Source: Mobula hypostoma
Lineage: Eukaryota
DNA: 64,000 nt
Assembly: GCF_963921235.1 (NCBI RefSeq)
Contig: NC_086108.1
Coordinates: 6,324,001 to 6,388,000, forward strand
Direction: 5' to 3'
In this document: in pieces, positions 13,975-27,100 of the stretch
How the letters are laid out: the number at the start of each line of letters is the position of its first letter
Position numbering within the stretch: position 1 is the stretch's first letter
Position numbers and translations under genes: made by a program
Notes under the pieces: generated by a model
Database searches by the model: none
The model's input: the letters and a program-made list of their open reading frames with translations, nothing else
Told to the model about the DNA's origin: nothing

Positions 13975-14560
13975 TAAACATAAGAGATTCTGCAGATGCT
14001 GGAAATCCCAAGGAGCAATACACACAAAGTGCTGGAGGAACTCAGCAGGTCAGGCAGCATCTATGGAGGGGACTAAATGGTCAATGTTTCAGGCCAGGGC
14101 TCTTCTTCAGGACTGGAAAGGAAGGGGGAAGACTCCAGAATAAAAGAAGTTGGGGAGGGGAAGGGAAGGAGGACTAGCTAGAAGGTAAACATGAGAGATT
14201 CTGCAGATGCCGGAACTCCAGGGCAACACAGACAAAATGGTGGAGGAGCTCAGCAGGTCAGGCAGCATCTGTGGAGAGGGATAAACAATCGACATTCAGG
14301 CTGAGACCCTTCATCAGGACTGGAAAGGAAGGGGGAAGAAGCCAGAATCAGAAGGTGGAGGGAGGGGGGAGGAGTCAGGTGTCAGGTGATAGGTGAGACC
14401 AGGTGAGGGGAAGGTGGGTGGGATAAAGTCAGAAGCTGGGAGGTGATAGGTGGAAGAGGTAAAGGGCTGAAGAAGGAGGAATCTGATAGGAGAGGAGAGT
14501 GGACCATTGAAGGAGGAGGAAGAGGGGAGCCAGAGGGAAGTCACGGGCAGGTGAAGTGAT
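13975..14560 (-). mobile_element. Two tandem Penelope-derived non-autonomous elements with hammerhead-like motifs, inside the probable CLIP3 3'UTR
   Basis: Repeated GATTCTGCAGATGC...GGAGGAACTCAGCAGGTCAGGCAGCATCT heads, the same family as 19850-20100 and 62560-63100. Confidence 0.7.
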
Positions 14561-14816
14561 AATATAATATAATATATATATCTTCCAGTCAGTGTATCAA
14601 ATGAATGGTTATTCCATCTACTGAAACGACTGTTAATGGAGGGATACGTCATTGGGATCAAGGCACTAGAGTCAACTATGTCTGTAACTGGGTGAACTAG
14701 TAACGAGACCGTTATCCACAGTCTGTTTCCGAAGCACAATAACGAACAGAAGTTGAGGAGGAAGAACAGAGGCTGAGGAGAAGAGTGAGGAGGTGGTGAG
14801 GAGGTTTTTGTTTGCT

Positions 14817-14871
14817 TTACGACTGCATTTCTGCTCTCAACATCCACGGAAACCAACAGCAGAATAGTAAT
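14817..14871 (-). CDS. CLIP3: CLIP3 last coding exon ([17 protein letters not shown])
   Basis: Acceptor atttcag, stop TAA at 14819-14817, conserved dicysteine C-terminus. Confidence 0.95.
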
Positions 14872-15119
14872 CTGAAATGAGAAGAGAGAGCAGAGAACAG
14901 CAAGTTGAGACTGAGAGCACAGAGCGATCAGAGATTGGAGAGGGTGCTCAAACCAACTAAAAGGAGGACGAGCCCAACTATCCCATTCACACCAATCTAC
15001 GTCCACATCATTCAAAGCTAACGTCAACGTAAATTTATTATCAAAGTATGTACATTTCACCACAGCTCCTTTTGCACTATTTACTTATATAGAGACAGAG
15101 ATAGATAGGTATACAGATA

Positions 15120-15158
<39 letters not shown>

Positions 15159-18100
15159 TCACTCACTCAGTGGCCACTTTATTAGGTACAGGAGTAGATC
15201 CTGGTGTGGTCTTCTGCTGCTGTAGCCCATCCACTTCAAGGTTGGATGTGCTGTGTGTTCAGGGATGCTGTTCTGCACACCACTGTTGTAACGTGTGGTT
15301 ATGTGGGTTACTGTTGCCTTCCTGTCAGCTTAAACCAATCTGGCCATTCTCCTCTGACCTCTCTCATTGACAAGGCATTTTCACCCACAGAACTGCCACT
15401 CACCAGATGATTTTTTTTTTGTTTTTCACACAATTCTCTGTGAACTCTAAAGACCGTTGTGTGTGAAAATCCCAGGAGATCAGCACTTTCTGAGATGCTC
15501 AAACCACCCCATCTGGCACCAACAATCATTCCACGGTCAAAGTCACTTAGATATTTCTTCCTCATTCTGATACTTGGTCTGAACAAAACTGAACCTCTTG
15601 ACCATATCTGTATGCTTTTATGCATTGACCTGCTGTCACATTAGATATTTGCATTAACCAGCAGCTGTACCTAATGGAGTGGCCACTGATTGTCTATTTT
15701 TAATTGTAATTCATTGTTTTTATATTGGAATGTACTGTGGTCACAAAACATCAAATTTCATGTCAAATGCAGTTAATAATAAACTTGTTTCTGATTCCTT
15801 TGAGGTGTTTTTTGTAGACGTTTACAGGAAAATGAAGAAATATAATAGAATTTATGAGTAACTGTACATAAACAAAGACTGACAAACAATGTGCAAAAGA
15901 AGACAAGTTTCATAATTGTCTCAGACAAAGTAATAACTTGTTTAAATAAAGTTCAGATATTCTAAATGAGGATGTAAGAAATAAAGTCAATTCAAATAGT
16001 CTTTGGGCCTTTCAACTGCCTGTACGGAGTTTGTACGTTCTCCCAGTGACTGCGTGGGTTTCCTCCGGGTGCTCCGGTTTCCTTCCACATTCCAAAGACG
16101 TACGGGGTGAGGATTTTTTGGGCATGCAGATTTAGTGCCAGAAGAATGGCAACACATTGTAGGCTGCCCTCGGCACATCTTCAGACTGTGCTGGTTGTTG
16201 ACGCAAAACCGACGCTCTCACCGGATGTTTCGATGTACATGTGACAAATAAAACTAATCTTTAACAAGCTTTATCTTCTTCACATACCGTAGGTGTTTCT
16301 TGAACCTGAAGGTGTAGTACAGTCCCAGGTGACTCAATTTCTCACGTTAGGCTAATCCTCGCATCTCTGGAATCAACTTGGTGAACCTCCTCCGCACCGC
16401 CTTCAAAGCCAGTACATCTTTCCTCAAGGAAGTTCAAAGTTTAAAGTGCATTCATTATCAAAGTATGTATACTTTATACAACCTTGAGATTCGTCTCACA
16501 ACAGGTAGCCGCAAAAGAAAGAAACCCAAAAGACCCCATTAAAAAAGAGCTTTGAGCACCCAGTGTTCAGGGAAAAGGAAAGAAAAAGCTACTCATACAA
16601 ACAATAACTGCAAGCAAATAGCGGTCTGAGTTGAGTTCCACAAAGAGAGTCCAAGACGCATAGTTCAGTGCAGAGCTGAGGAAACATCATGGAGCAGGGA
16701 GCTGAACCGGCCCATTGCTCGCCTCAGGCCCCAGCACCCTGACCTTTCCGATCTGGTCTAAATCATCGTCCAATCATTGTGTTCAGTCACCTTGATACAC
16801 ACTGGGGCCTGGGCCCAGGCACCTCGATTCGGCCTGTACCCAACCTTTCTGATTCGGCATGGTGCTTAAATCAATCGAACCTCGCTCTTGGCGATGGACC
16901 CACTGCCTTGGTTCTGCCGCATCAAATTGCCTCCAACGGGAAGTTACAGACTACTGCTTGCAATGATCGTTTGCCAGAAAAGAGAGTGATCAGCAAAGTA
17001 TTCAGTTGTTTTCCTCGTTTCGTTAGCTACCAGCCAGAAGTTGCTAAGATTCAACAGCGCCATCTTAAGCCACAGAAAGGAGACCTGACCTGCATTCAGT
17101 ACTCCAGGAGTGGCCTCACCAGTACCCTGTGATATTGCAGCATAACTCTCCTGCTCTTAAATTCAATCCCTCCAGCAATGAAACCGAACATTCCACTTGC
17201 CTTCTTGATAGCCTGCTGCACCGGCAAACTGTGATTCATGCTGAAGCACTCCCAAATTCCTCTGCATGACCGCACCATGCAATCTTTCACCATTTAAATA
17301 ATAATCTCATCTGCTACACCGCAGGTGTGAACGTGACATGGACAGCTGGCCCTCTCACGTCCCAAACCCCATCAGGAGCCGCGTTGACTCATGGTGAAGG
17401 AGCGTCCACGGGTCAGCGGCTGCTCTCTGAAGAAGAAGAAGCCCCACCTCCTGGGCTCCACTGAAATTCTACCCCCTGCCTCAACCCGCCTCATATATAG
17501 CCAATCACTGGCAAGTATAAGAACGGTATTTGTTTTTTGTGAATTCAGTGCTGAATTTTGCTCTGTAATGTTCTTTCTAAACCCTCTGTGGTACAAGTAA
17601 AGATTCTAAATTCACAAGCTGGGTGTCCCGTGATCCATTATCAGTCACACTTACCACTGGGACCGCGGTGTTAGTTTCATGCTGACAGGGCCTGAAACTA
17701 GAACTGCGTAGTATCTGAGCCTTTCAAAACTTGCCCTCAGTTCCCCAGTCCACCTGGGCGGTTTGAGGATTTTGGATTCAAATATACAAAGTCAAAACCA
17801 AAATCAAATTCATTATCAATGTATATGTTACCATACACTACCTTATGATTCATTTTCTTGCGGGCATTTACGGGGAAAAAAAGAAATACAATAGAATTTA
17901 TGATTTAAACAAACTATACAAAAGTAAAGACTGACAAACAACCAATGTGCAAAAGAATTGGAATCAGAATCAGGTTTAATAACACTGGCTTATGTTGTGA
18001 AATTTGTTGTTACGCGGCAGCACTACAATGTAATACATGATATAAGAAAAAAAATGTGAATTACAGGGAATATATATAAATATATAAATGGTTAAATTAA

Positions 18101-21100
18101 CTAAGTAGTGCAAAAATAGAAATAAAAAGGTAATGAGGTAGTGTTCATGGGTTCAATGTCCATTCAGAAATCGGATGGCAGAGGGGAAGAAGCTGTTCCT
18201 GAATCATTGAGTGTGTGACTTCAGGCTCCTGTACCTCCTTCCTGATGAGAACAAAGCACGTCCTGGGTGATGGGGGTCCTTTTTGAACAATTGCTCCTTG
18301 AAGCTGTCCTGGATACCACAGAGGATAGTGCTCACGACGGAGCTGACTGAGTTTACAACTCTCTGCAGCTTACAAATAGTGCAAACATTAATAAAAAAAA
18401 CTAAGTAATGAGAATCACAGCTGGGTCACAACCATTAGTGTCCAAATCCTCCATTCAGAATGTCACTGATTCTGCATTTTGGGGCAGGCAAAGAGGGTTA
18501 ATCCTGCGTCTCTTATGGGAAATTTCGGTGAAGGCTGAGTTCACTCATTAACAGGGTCTGACACTCGGGCAGGCGGGGGCGGGGGGCAGAGGGCGAGGGG
18601 GAAAGATGTGAACTGTGTACAGGTGGGAGAGAACGGGAAAGCGGCAGGAGAGTTGGGGTCACCCATTGTGTCAATGTTCTCCGATGCCTCTGCCTGCTAT
18701 TGAAGCCCAGGAGGCTAAAGGAGAGGTTCAACACACCAACAAAGTTCAAAGTAAACTTATTATCAAAGTACGTATATGTCACCATATACAACCCTGAGGT
18801 TCATTTCCCTGTGGACATTCACTGCAGAAGAAACAAATACAATTGAATTAGTGAAAAACTACATCAAACTCAGCGGAGCTAAGATGTTGCCAGAGAACGG
18901 CTTCTTCGAGCTCATCTGCGAAACAGCTTAACTTTTTCCCTTTAATGTCTTCTTTTCCTTTTCAAGGTGGACGGGGTTCTGTCAGAGTCTGTGATTTACA
19001 ACTGCACTCAAACTGTGGTCCTTTGCAACGGCAGTTCCTGCTTACCGAGCTTAACGACTGGCTGTTTTCCGATACCCCCAGGATGCGGCCTGGAAGACAC
19101 GCACCTTCGGGACGAGGCCCTGCAGTCCCACGGACCAACCAATTCCACGCTGGCGTCACCAGCTGAGGCGTCGCTGGAGAAACAGAGCGTCACGAACAGC
19201 GGATCAGCTGTTGGAGGCACCTGCTCTCGGGCGACCACTCACTTTCTCTCGATAGTAGGGGAGCTTGCTTCCGGTTCTCAAGTCAGAAACGCGACGTGGC
19301 AGACTTTAACGTCGTAATCAGCGAGCTGTTTTGTTTTGTTGGTCTCCCCTCTCGCTGTGGAAAAGAGGTGACATCTCTCCGTCCCTTGTTAGGGAGGGAG
19401 AGAGAGAGGGCCTATGGCATGTTGGACTGTTGGGTGACCAATAGATTTTATTGGACTGCAGATCATGGTTTCTCTTTGGGGGCTTTGCTATTGCTTGCTT
19501 GGTGGGTGCTGATGTTTTTGCTGTCAACTGGGGGAGGGAGAGGAGAAGGCTTGATGCTTTGCTGCTGCTTATGCCTGGGAGAGGAAAAGTTGGGGATCTA
19601 AAGTCTTTCTGTCATTCATTCTTTGGGGTTTTCTCCTGTTTCGTGGATATCTGTGGAGAGTAAGAATTTCAGGTTGTATACATTCTCCGATATGAAATTG
19701 AACCATTGAACCACTGAACGAAACGAAACTTGACAAACAAAAAAAAATATAATAAGGAGAAAAAAACAAGTACTTAAATAATACTGAGGACATGAGTTGT
19801 GAGGTCCTTGAAAGTGAGCAAACACCACATGGCAGAATTTAAAAACGTAAACACGAGGAAATCTGCAGATGCTGGAATTTCAAGCAACACACATAAAAAT
19901 TGCTGGTGAACGCAGCAGGCCAGGCAGCATCTATAGGAAGAGGTACAGTTGACGTTTCGGGCCAAGACCCTTCGTCAGGACAAACTGAAAGAAGGTTCTC
20001 TTCTTTAAGTTAGTCCTGACAAAGGGTCTCGGCCCGAAACGTCAACTGTACCTCTTCCTATAGATGCTGCCTGGCCTGCTGCGTTCACCAGCAACTTTTA
20101 CTACATGGCAGATGCTGTTACCTGGATATGGAGCTCTCTGATGCAATATCTTTGGGGGTTCTCACAGTCGCCAAGTTCCTCTTGGGTTGAGTCACTACAG
20201 AAATTGCCCACAAAAGCAGAGATCACCAAACGCTACACTGGACAATTGTACGCAACTCTACAACGCCCAGACCCCATGGGAACATGTTCAGTTCCGTTCA
20301 AGTACAGGACTGCTGTTCACAGTGAGCTAACTTCTCACAGCTCCCAAGGCTTGGGTCCCAAACAACTCAGTTAAAGCAATCTTGCAAGACTGTAGTCAGA
20401 ACCCCAGTGTTGTGTATTTAATATTTCAATAATATTTGAATAATCGTGGTTGATTAAGTATTCTTGTTTGTTTAAATAATTCATTACAGGTTATAGGCAT
20501 AAATACGTGAACTGCTTACACCATGACGCTACCACGTGATACACGTGCACCTCACTTAAAGTAAGTGCAAAGTTAAACCCACAATCCCAGACTCCCATAT
20601 CTTCCTTTGAATTAGTTTAATGTTTTGAAGTTATGAAATATAACACCCAGAACACAAAGCTATCTACATTGTAGTACATAGCACATAAAATTATACAGCA
20701 CAACAGGGGTCTTATAGCACCAAATGTTATGCTGACCAATTCCATTATCAATCTAACCCTTCCCTCCTATACACTGCCCATAATCCTCCAAAGGTTGGTC
20801 TTACACAGTGAAACGTAGGGCAGTCCTGAGTGTGCTACAATAGAGCAATCTGAGAGTACAGGTCCATAATTCATTGAAAGTGGTATCATAGGTTGTTAAG
20901 GTCGTAAAGAAAGCTTTTGGCACATTGGCCTTGATAAATCAAAGCATTGAATACTGGAGATGGGATTTTACACTGAAGTTGTATAAGATGTTCATGAGCC
21001 CTAATCTGGAGTATTGTGTGCAGTTTGGTCACCTACCTACAGGAAAGATGTAAATAAGGTTGACGGAGTGCAGAGAAAATTTGCAAGGATGTTGCCAGCT

Positions 21101-24100
21101 CTGGAGGACCTGACTTATATAGAAAGACTGAATAGATTAGGACTTCATTCTTTGGAACATAGAAGATTGAGAGGAGATTTGACAGAGGCGTACAAAATTA
21201 TGATAAGTATAGATAAGGTAAATTTGAGGCAGGCCTTTTTCCACTGAGGTTGGGTGGGACTACAACTGGAGGTCATGGGTTAAGGGTGAAAGGTGAAAAG
21301 TTTCAGGGGAATATGAGGAGGGTTTGAGAATGTGTCGAATGAGCTGCGGGCGCAAGTGATACATGTGTGGCCAATCTCAATGTTTAAGATAAATTTGGAT
21401 AGGTACATGGATGGTAGGGGTATGGTCCCGGTGCAGGTTGATGGGAGTAGTCAGTGTGGCATGGACTAGATGGGCCAAAGGGCCTGTTTCTGTGCTGTAC
21501 TTTTCTATGACGCTACCTTCATAACCCACCCGCCATTCTTTTAGAGTCTTGGAATTATGGAACACTTCCCAACTTTCATTAATATTGAACAATGTTGGTA
21601 CAAAAGAACGAGCCCTAGAAGGGAATTTTAAGGTGAGTGGAGGGAGGCTTAGGGGAGATGTCAGGAGTAGGTTTCTGGTGCCAGGAACGCACTGCCGGGG
21701 TGGTGGTGGTGGAGGTAGGTACATCAGGGAACTACATGAACTTTGCCGTGTATTTATTACGTGTACTATAGAAACTAGTCACGAGTTGGGGGTGTGGTAA
21801 AAGTGAAGGGAATAAGTTACGCATTCATGCTTACTTGGGGCAGTTTGTACCTTGGGACCGTGGAGGTCATATCTTTTGCAGACCGCTGGCATAATGCTCA
21901 ATAGTGCTTAACCGTATGTTTGCTAATTGCTAATAAAGGATCAAACTGGGGAATTCAACTCTTTGAAGCCATGGGTGTGTCACACACGTATAACAACTCT
22001 CTCTGGGGTCACAGGCTGGCAGCAATTGTCTTGTTTCGATTTTGGATCAATTTTGCCACTACAGGGACATTTAAAAGACTCTTAGGCACACGGATGAGAG
22101 AAAATGGAGGGTTATGGGCTGTAGGACACGAGGGGTTAGATTGACTGTGGAGTAGGTTAAAAGGTTGGCAGACCATCACGGCCTCCAAGAGGACCACAAC
22201 CTTGTCGTGGTTTGGAGGCTTACATGCCTGAATGACCTGGAGAGCTATGTTGACTGGAATCGGGGTTTTATGCTTTGACTCTTGGTAGGGTCACCCATGG
22301 CAAACAGGTCAAAGGGTAGAGGCCAGACTATGAGTGGTCAACCGGTCCTCCAGTTTCGGGGGTTCAGCTCAGAGCTAACAACCCTGACTGGTCAAACAAA
22401 ATTGTTACGGAAACAGCAATGAAGAATCCTTCTATATCTGAGTGTGACGGTACTCCTGAATCTCCACCCAGGACTTGCATAACTGACAGTAGTGAAAACT
22501 GAGAGGAACTACTGACACGATGAAGGAAGCCCTGAACACCGCCAGAGATGGAGGACATTCATTACCGTCCTTAACGTCAGTGGTGTAATGGGCAGTAACA
22601 CCATCGTGGGCTGAAGGCCTCATACTGTGGTCTAATGTTCTATATTCGGTTTGATTCCTCTTACGGTGAGCTAGACCAGGTATGGTGGGCCAGATAGCCC
22701 TGCTTCAGTGAACAATCTATTTCAAACCAACTCGCTCATATACCTGAAGTGATCTAAACGTACTTGTTACTTGGTGAATTTTTTTGTTGACAGCTCCATC
22801 ACCTGAAGGAGTTTTAGGGCCCCCAATCCTGAAAAAGAAGTGACAAGAAAAAGAAATTTAAAAAAAGAGAAAAAACCCTCCTTCCCCTCTGCCCACCAGC
22901 TTTTTAATTCCGACAACTTCCCCCTTCTTTCTCAGTCCTGAAGTAGGTTCTCGGCCTGAAACGTTGACTGTTTATTCATTTCCACAGTTGTGGCCTGACT
23001 GCTGAGTCTCTCCAGCATTTTGCATGTGTTGCAAAAGAAATTATCAGTTAGAAATCTCTCCCAGCAGCACCCCACGTGTGACCATGGTGATGAAAACCCT
23101 TAATGCTCCACGTAATAATCTGGAAGTGTAGCAAGAGCAGATTTTTTGGATTAATGTATGTTACTTTGGTTATGACTCCAAACACAAAAGTGACCAGTGT
23201 CTCTACTTCCCTGGGAGCCTTAAGAAATTCAACAAAGGATGTACTGATATTGGAGAGGGGTCAAAAGAGGTCTTGTCATATGCAGAGTGTTTGATGGCTC
23301 TGGGCCTCTACTCACTGGAATTCAGAATGAGGGGTGACCTCATTGAAATCTATCGAATGTTGAAAGGCCTCGATAGAGTGGATGTGGAGAGGATGTTTCC
23401 TATGGTGGGGCAGTCTAGGACCAGAGGACACAGCCTGAAAAATGAGGGGTGTCCTTTTGGAACAGAGATTAGGAGGAATTTCTTTAGCCAGAAGTGGTGA
23501 ATCACTGGAATTTGTTGTCACAGGCAGCTGTGGAGGCCAAATCACTGGGTATATTTAAGGCAGAGATTGATAGGTTCTTGATTAGTCAGGGCTTTAAGGG
23601 ATACGGGGAGAAGGCAGGAGATTGGGGCTGAGAGGAAAAATGGATCAGCCATGGTGAAATGGCGGAGCAGATTCGATGGGCCAAATGGCCTAATTCTGCT
23701 CCTATATCTTATGGTCTTATGACCCCTTTGAAACACCAGTTTTTAGTGATAAAACAGAAAACACCCTATCTTGATGCATAATGACTTAGTCAGGCAACTG
23801 CTCTGAATGTGACTGCAAGAAACTGCTGAAGGTTGTGGACATAGCTCAGCGCATCACAAAAAAACAGCTTCCCTCTATGGAATCCGTCTATACTTCTCAG
23901 CTGCCCGTACAATCCAAGACCATAAGACAGGAGCAGAATTAGGCCATTCGGCCCTTTGAGTATGCTTCACGATTTGATCATGGCTGATACATTTCGCCCC
24001 TCTCCTGCTCCTGTATTTTCCCCATAACCTTTCACACCCCGACATATCAAACACCTGTCAACCTCCACCTTAAATGCACCCCAGTGACCTGGCCTCCCAG

Positions 24101-27100
24101 GTGGCGAGATAAAATTCAAATTCACTATAATTCACCACCCTCTGGCTAAAGAAATTTTTCATCATTTTCCTTCTAAATATGTACGTCTTTACCAAAGTAA
24201 AGTGCTCCTTCCCTCCGCTAGCCTGCAGGTCACCCTGGGGCAAGGTGCAGCACCTGCTTAGCCCCCCACCTCGGATCAGGGTCACGTGAAGCCATGGGAG
24301 CAGGTGGTGGATGGTTGTATGAGCAGCCGGTGCAGATCACAAGTCCTGGTTATGCGACCACTGTCGCCAGGCAGACAATCTTTGAAGAGTATGTCACTGC
24401 CCAGAAGAAGGCAATGGCAAACCACTGCTGTGGAAAAATTTGCCAAAAACTATCATGGTCGTGGAAAGACCGTGATCGCCCACGTCATATGTCTTGGCAC
24501 ATAATGATGATGTCACACGATATGGCACAGAATGAATGAATGTCTTGGCCTCCATTGCCACCGGAGGCAATGCATTCCACAAATTCACCAGCCTCTGGCT
24601 AAAGAAATTCTTCCTCATCTTCATTCTAAACAGACGTCCCTCTATTCTGAGGCTGTGTCATAGAAACATAGAAAATAGGTGCAGGAGTAGGCCATTCGGC
24701 CCTTCGAGCCTGCACCGCCATTTATTATGATCATGGCTGATCATCCAACTCAGAACCCCGCACCAGCCTTCCCTCCATACCCCCTGACCCCCATAGCCAC
24801 AAGGGCCATATCTAACTCCCTCTTAAATATAGCCAATGAACTGGCCTCAACTGTTTCCTGCCGCAGAGAGTTCCACAGATTCACCACTCTCTGTGTGAAG
24901 AAGTTTTTCCTCATCTTCATCCTAAAAGGCTTCCCCTTTATCCTCAAACTGTGATCCCTCGTTCTGGACTTCCCCAACATCGGGAACAATCTTCCTGCAT
25001 CTAGCCTGTCCAATCCCTTTAGGATTTTATACGTTTCAATCAGATCCCCCTTCAATCTTCTAAATTCCAATGAGTACAAGCCCAGTTCATCCAGTCTTTC
25101 TTCATATGAAAGTCCTGCCATCCCAGGAATCAATCTGGTGAACCTTCTTTGTACTCCCTCTATGGCAAGGATGTCTTTCCTCAGATTAGGGGACCAAAAC
25201 TGCACCCAATACTCCAGGTGTGGTCTCACCAAGGCCTTGTACAACTGCAGTAGTACCTCCCTGCTCCTGTACTCGAATCCTCTTGCTATAAATGCCAGCA
25301 TACCATCTGCCTTTTTCACCGCCTGCTGTACCTGCATACCCACTTTCAAGGACTGGTGTATAATGACACCCAGGTCTCGTTGCACCTCCCCTTTTCCTAA
25401 TCGGCCACCATTCAGATAATAATCTGTTTTCCTATTTTCGCCACCAAAGTGGATAACTTCACATTTATCCACATTAAATTGCATCTGCCATGAATTTGCC
25501 CACTCACCCAACCCATCCAAGTCACCCTGCATCCTCTTAGCATCCTCCTCACAGCTAACACTACCGCCCAGCTTCGTGTCATCCGCAAACTTGGAGCTGC
25601 TGCATTTAATTCCCTCATCCAAGTCATTAATATATATTGTAAACAACTGGGGTCCCAGCACTGAGCCTTGTGGTACCCCACTAGTCACTGCCTGCCATTC
25701 TGAAAAGGTCCCATTTATTCCCACTCTTTGCTTCCTGTCTGCTAACCAATTCTCTATCCACATCAATACCTTACCCCCAATACCGTGTGCTTTAAGTTTG
25801 CACACTAATCTCCTGTGTGGGACCACTAATCTCCTGTGTGTGTCCTCTCCCCCACCAACAGAAACATCCTCTCCACATCCACTCTATCTAGGCTTTTCAA
25901 CATTCAATATGTTTCAATGAGATCCCCCCACCCATTCCTCTGAATTTGAGTGAGAAGAGGCCCGGAGCCATCAAACGCTCCTCATATGACAAGCCTTTCA
26001 ATCCAGGAATTATTTTTGTGAACCTCCTTAGAACCTACTCCAATGTCTTAACTTCTCACTGCTTCAGTAAAGTAACCAGCATAATGAAAGACCCCACCCT
26101 AACCCAGACATTCTCTCTCCTACTCTCGCCCATCAGGCAGAGTATTTAAAAGCCAGAAAGCACACACCACCAGGCACAAAGACAGCTCCAATCAAGCTGT
26201 TACAAGACTTCAGTGAAGCCCTAGTACGAAAAGATGGACTCTTGATCATACAATCTACCTGGTTATGACCTTGCACCTTGTCGTCTGCCTGCACTGCACT
26301 TTCTCTGTAATCATAACTCTATTCTGCAGACTGTTATTGTTTTTCTTTGTACAACCTCAATGCACTGTTGTGATGAAATGATCTGTATGAATGTGCAAAA
26401 CAAAAATTTTCACTGCATCTCGGTACATATGCCAATGATTAACCAATTTACCAATTTTGAATTGTTGCACTGAAGTCCAAAGTTCAATGTAAATTTATTA
26501 TCAGAGTGCATATATGTCACCATATACAACCCTAAGATTCATTTTCTTGCTGCATAATCTACAACAGGATCAATGAAAGATCAACCAGAGTGCAGAAGAC
26601 AACAAACTGTGCAAATGTAAATATAAATAAACACCAATTAATAACAAGAACATGAGATATTGAGATAAAGAGTCCTTAAAGTGAGATCAGTAGTTGTGGG
26701 AACATTCCAATGATGGGGTAAGAGAGTGAAGTTATCCCATTTTGTTCAGGAGCCTGATGGTTGAGGGGTAGGAACTGTTCTTGAACCTGGTGGTGTGAGT
26801 CTTGAGGCTCCTCTACCTTCTACTTGATGACAGCAGCGAGAAGAGAGCATGGCCCTGATGATGGATGCTGCTTTCCTACGACAGCGTTTCCTATAAACTT
26901 GCTCATTGGTTGGGAGGGCTTTACCTGTGATGTACTGGACTGAATCCTACCTTTTGTAGGATTTTCTATGAATACAGCAAGTTTAAAGTGAGCGGGGCCT
27001 GGGTCTACTTACATTTCTGACCATAACCCTAACCCCAGCCACACACCTGTCCCCAATTCTGTACATACACCCCGACTGCACTGGGACTTCTGGCTCACAT

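Noticed and set aside
17325..17680. Second solo LTR (also 21725-22020)
   Set aside because: Composition is LTR-like with a TATA-like motif, but I could not find matching termini with a TSD.
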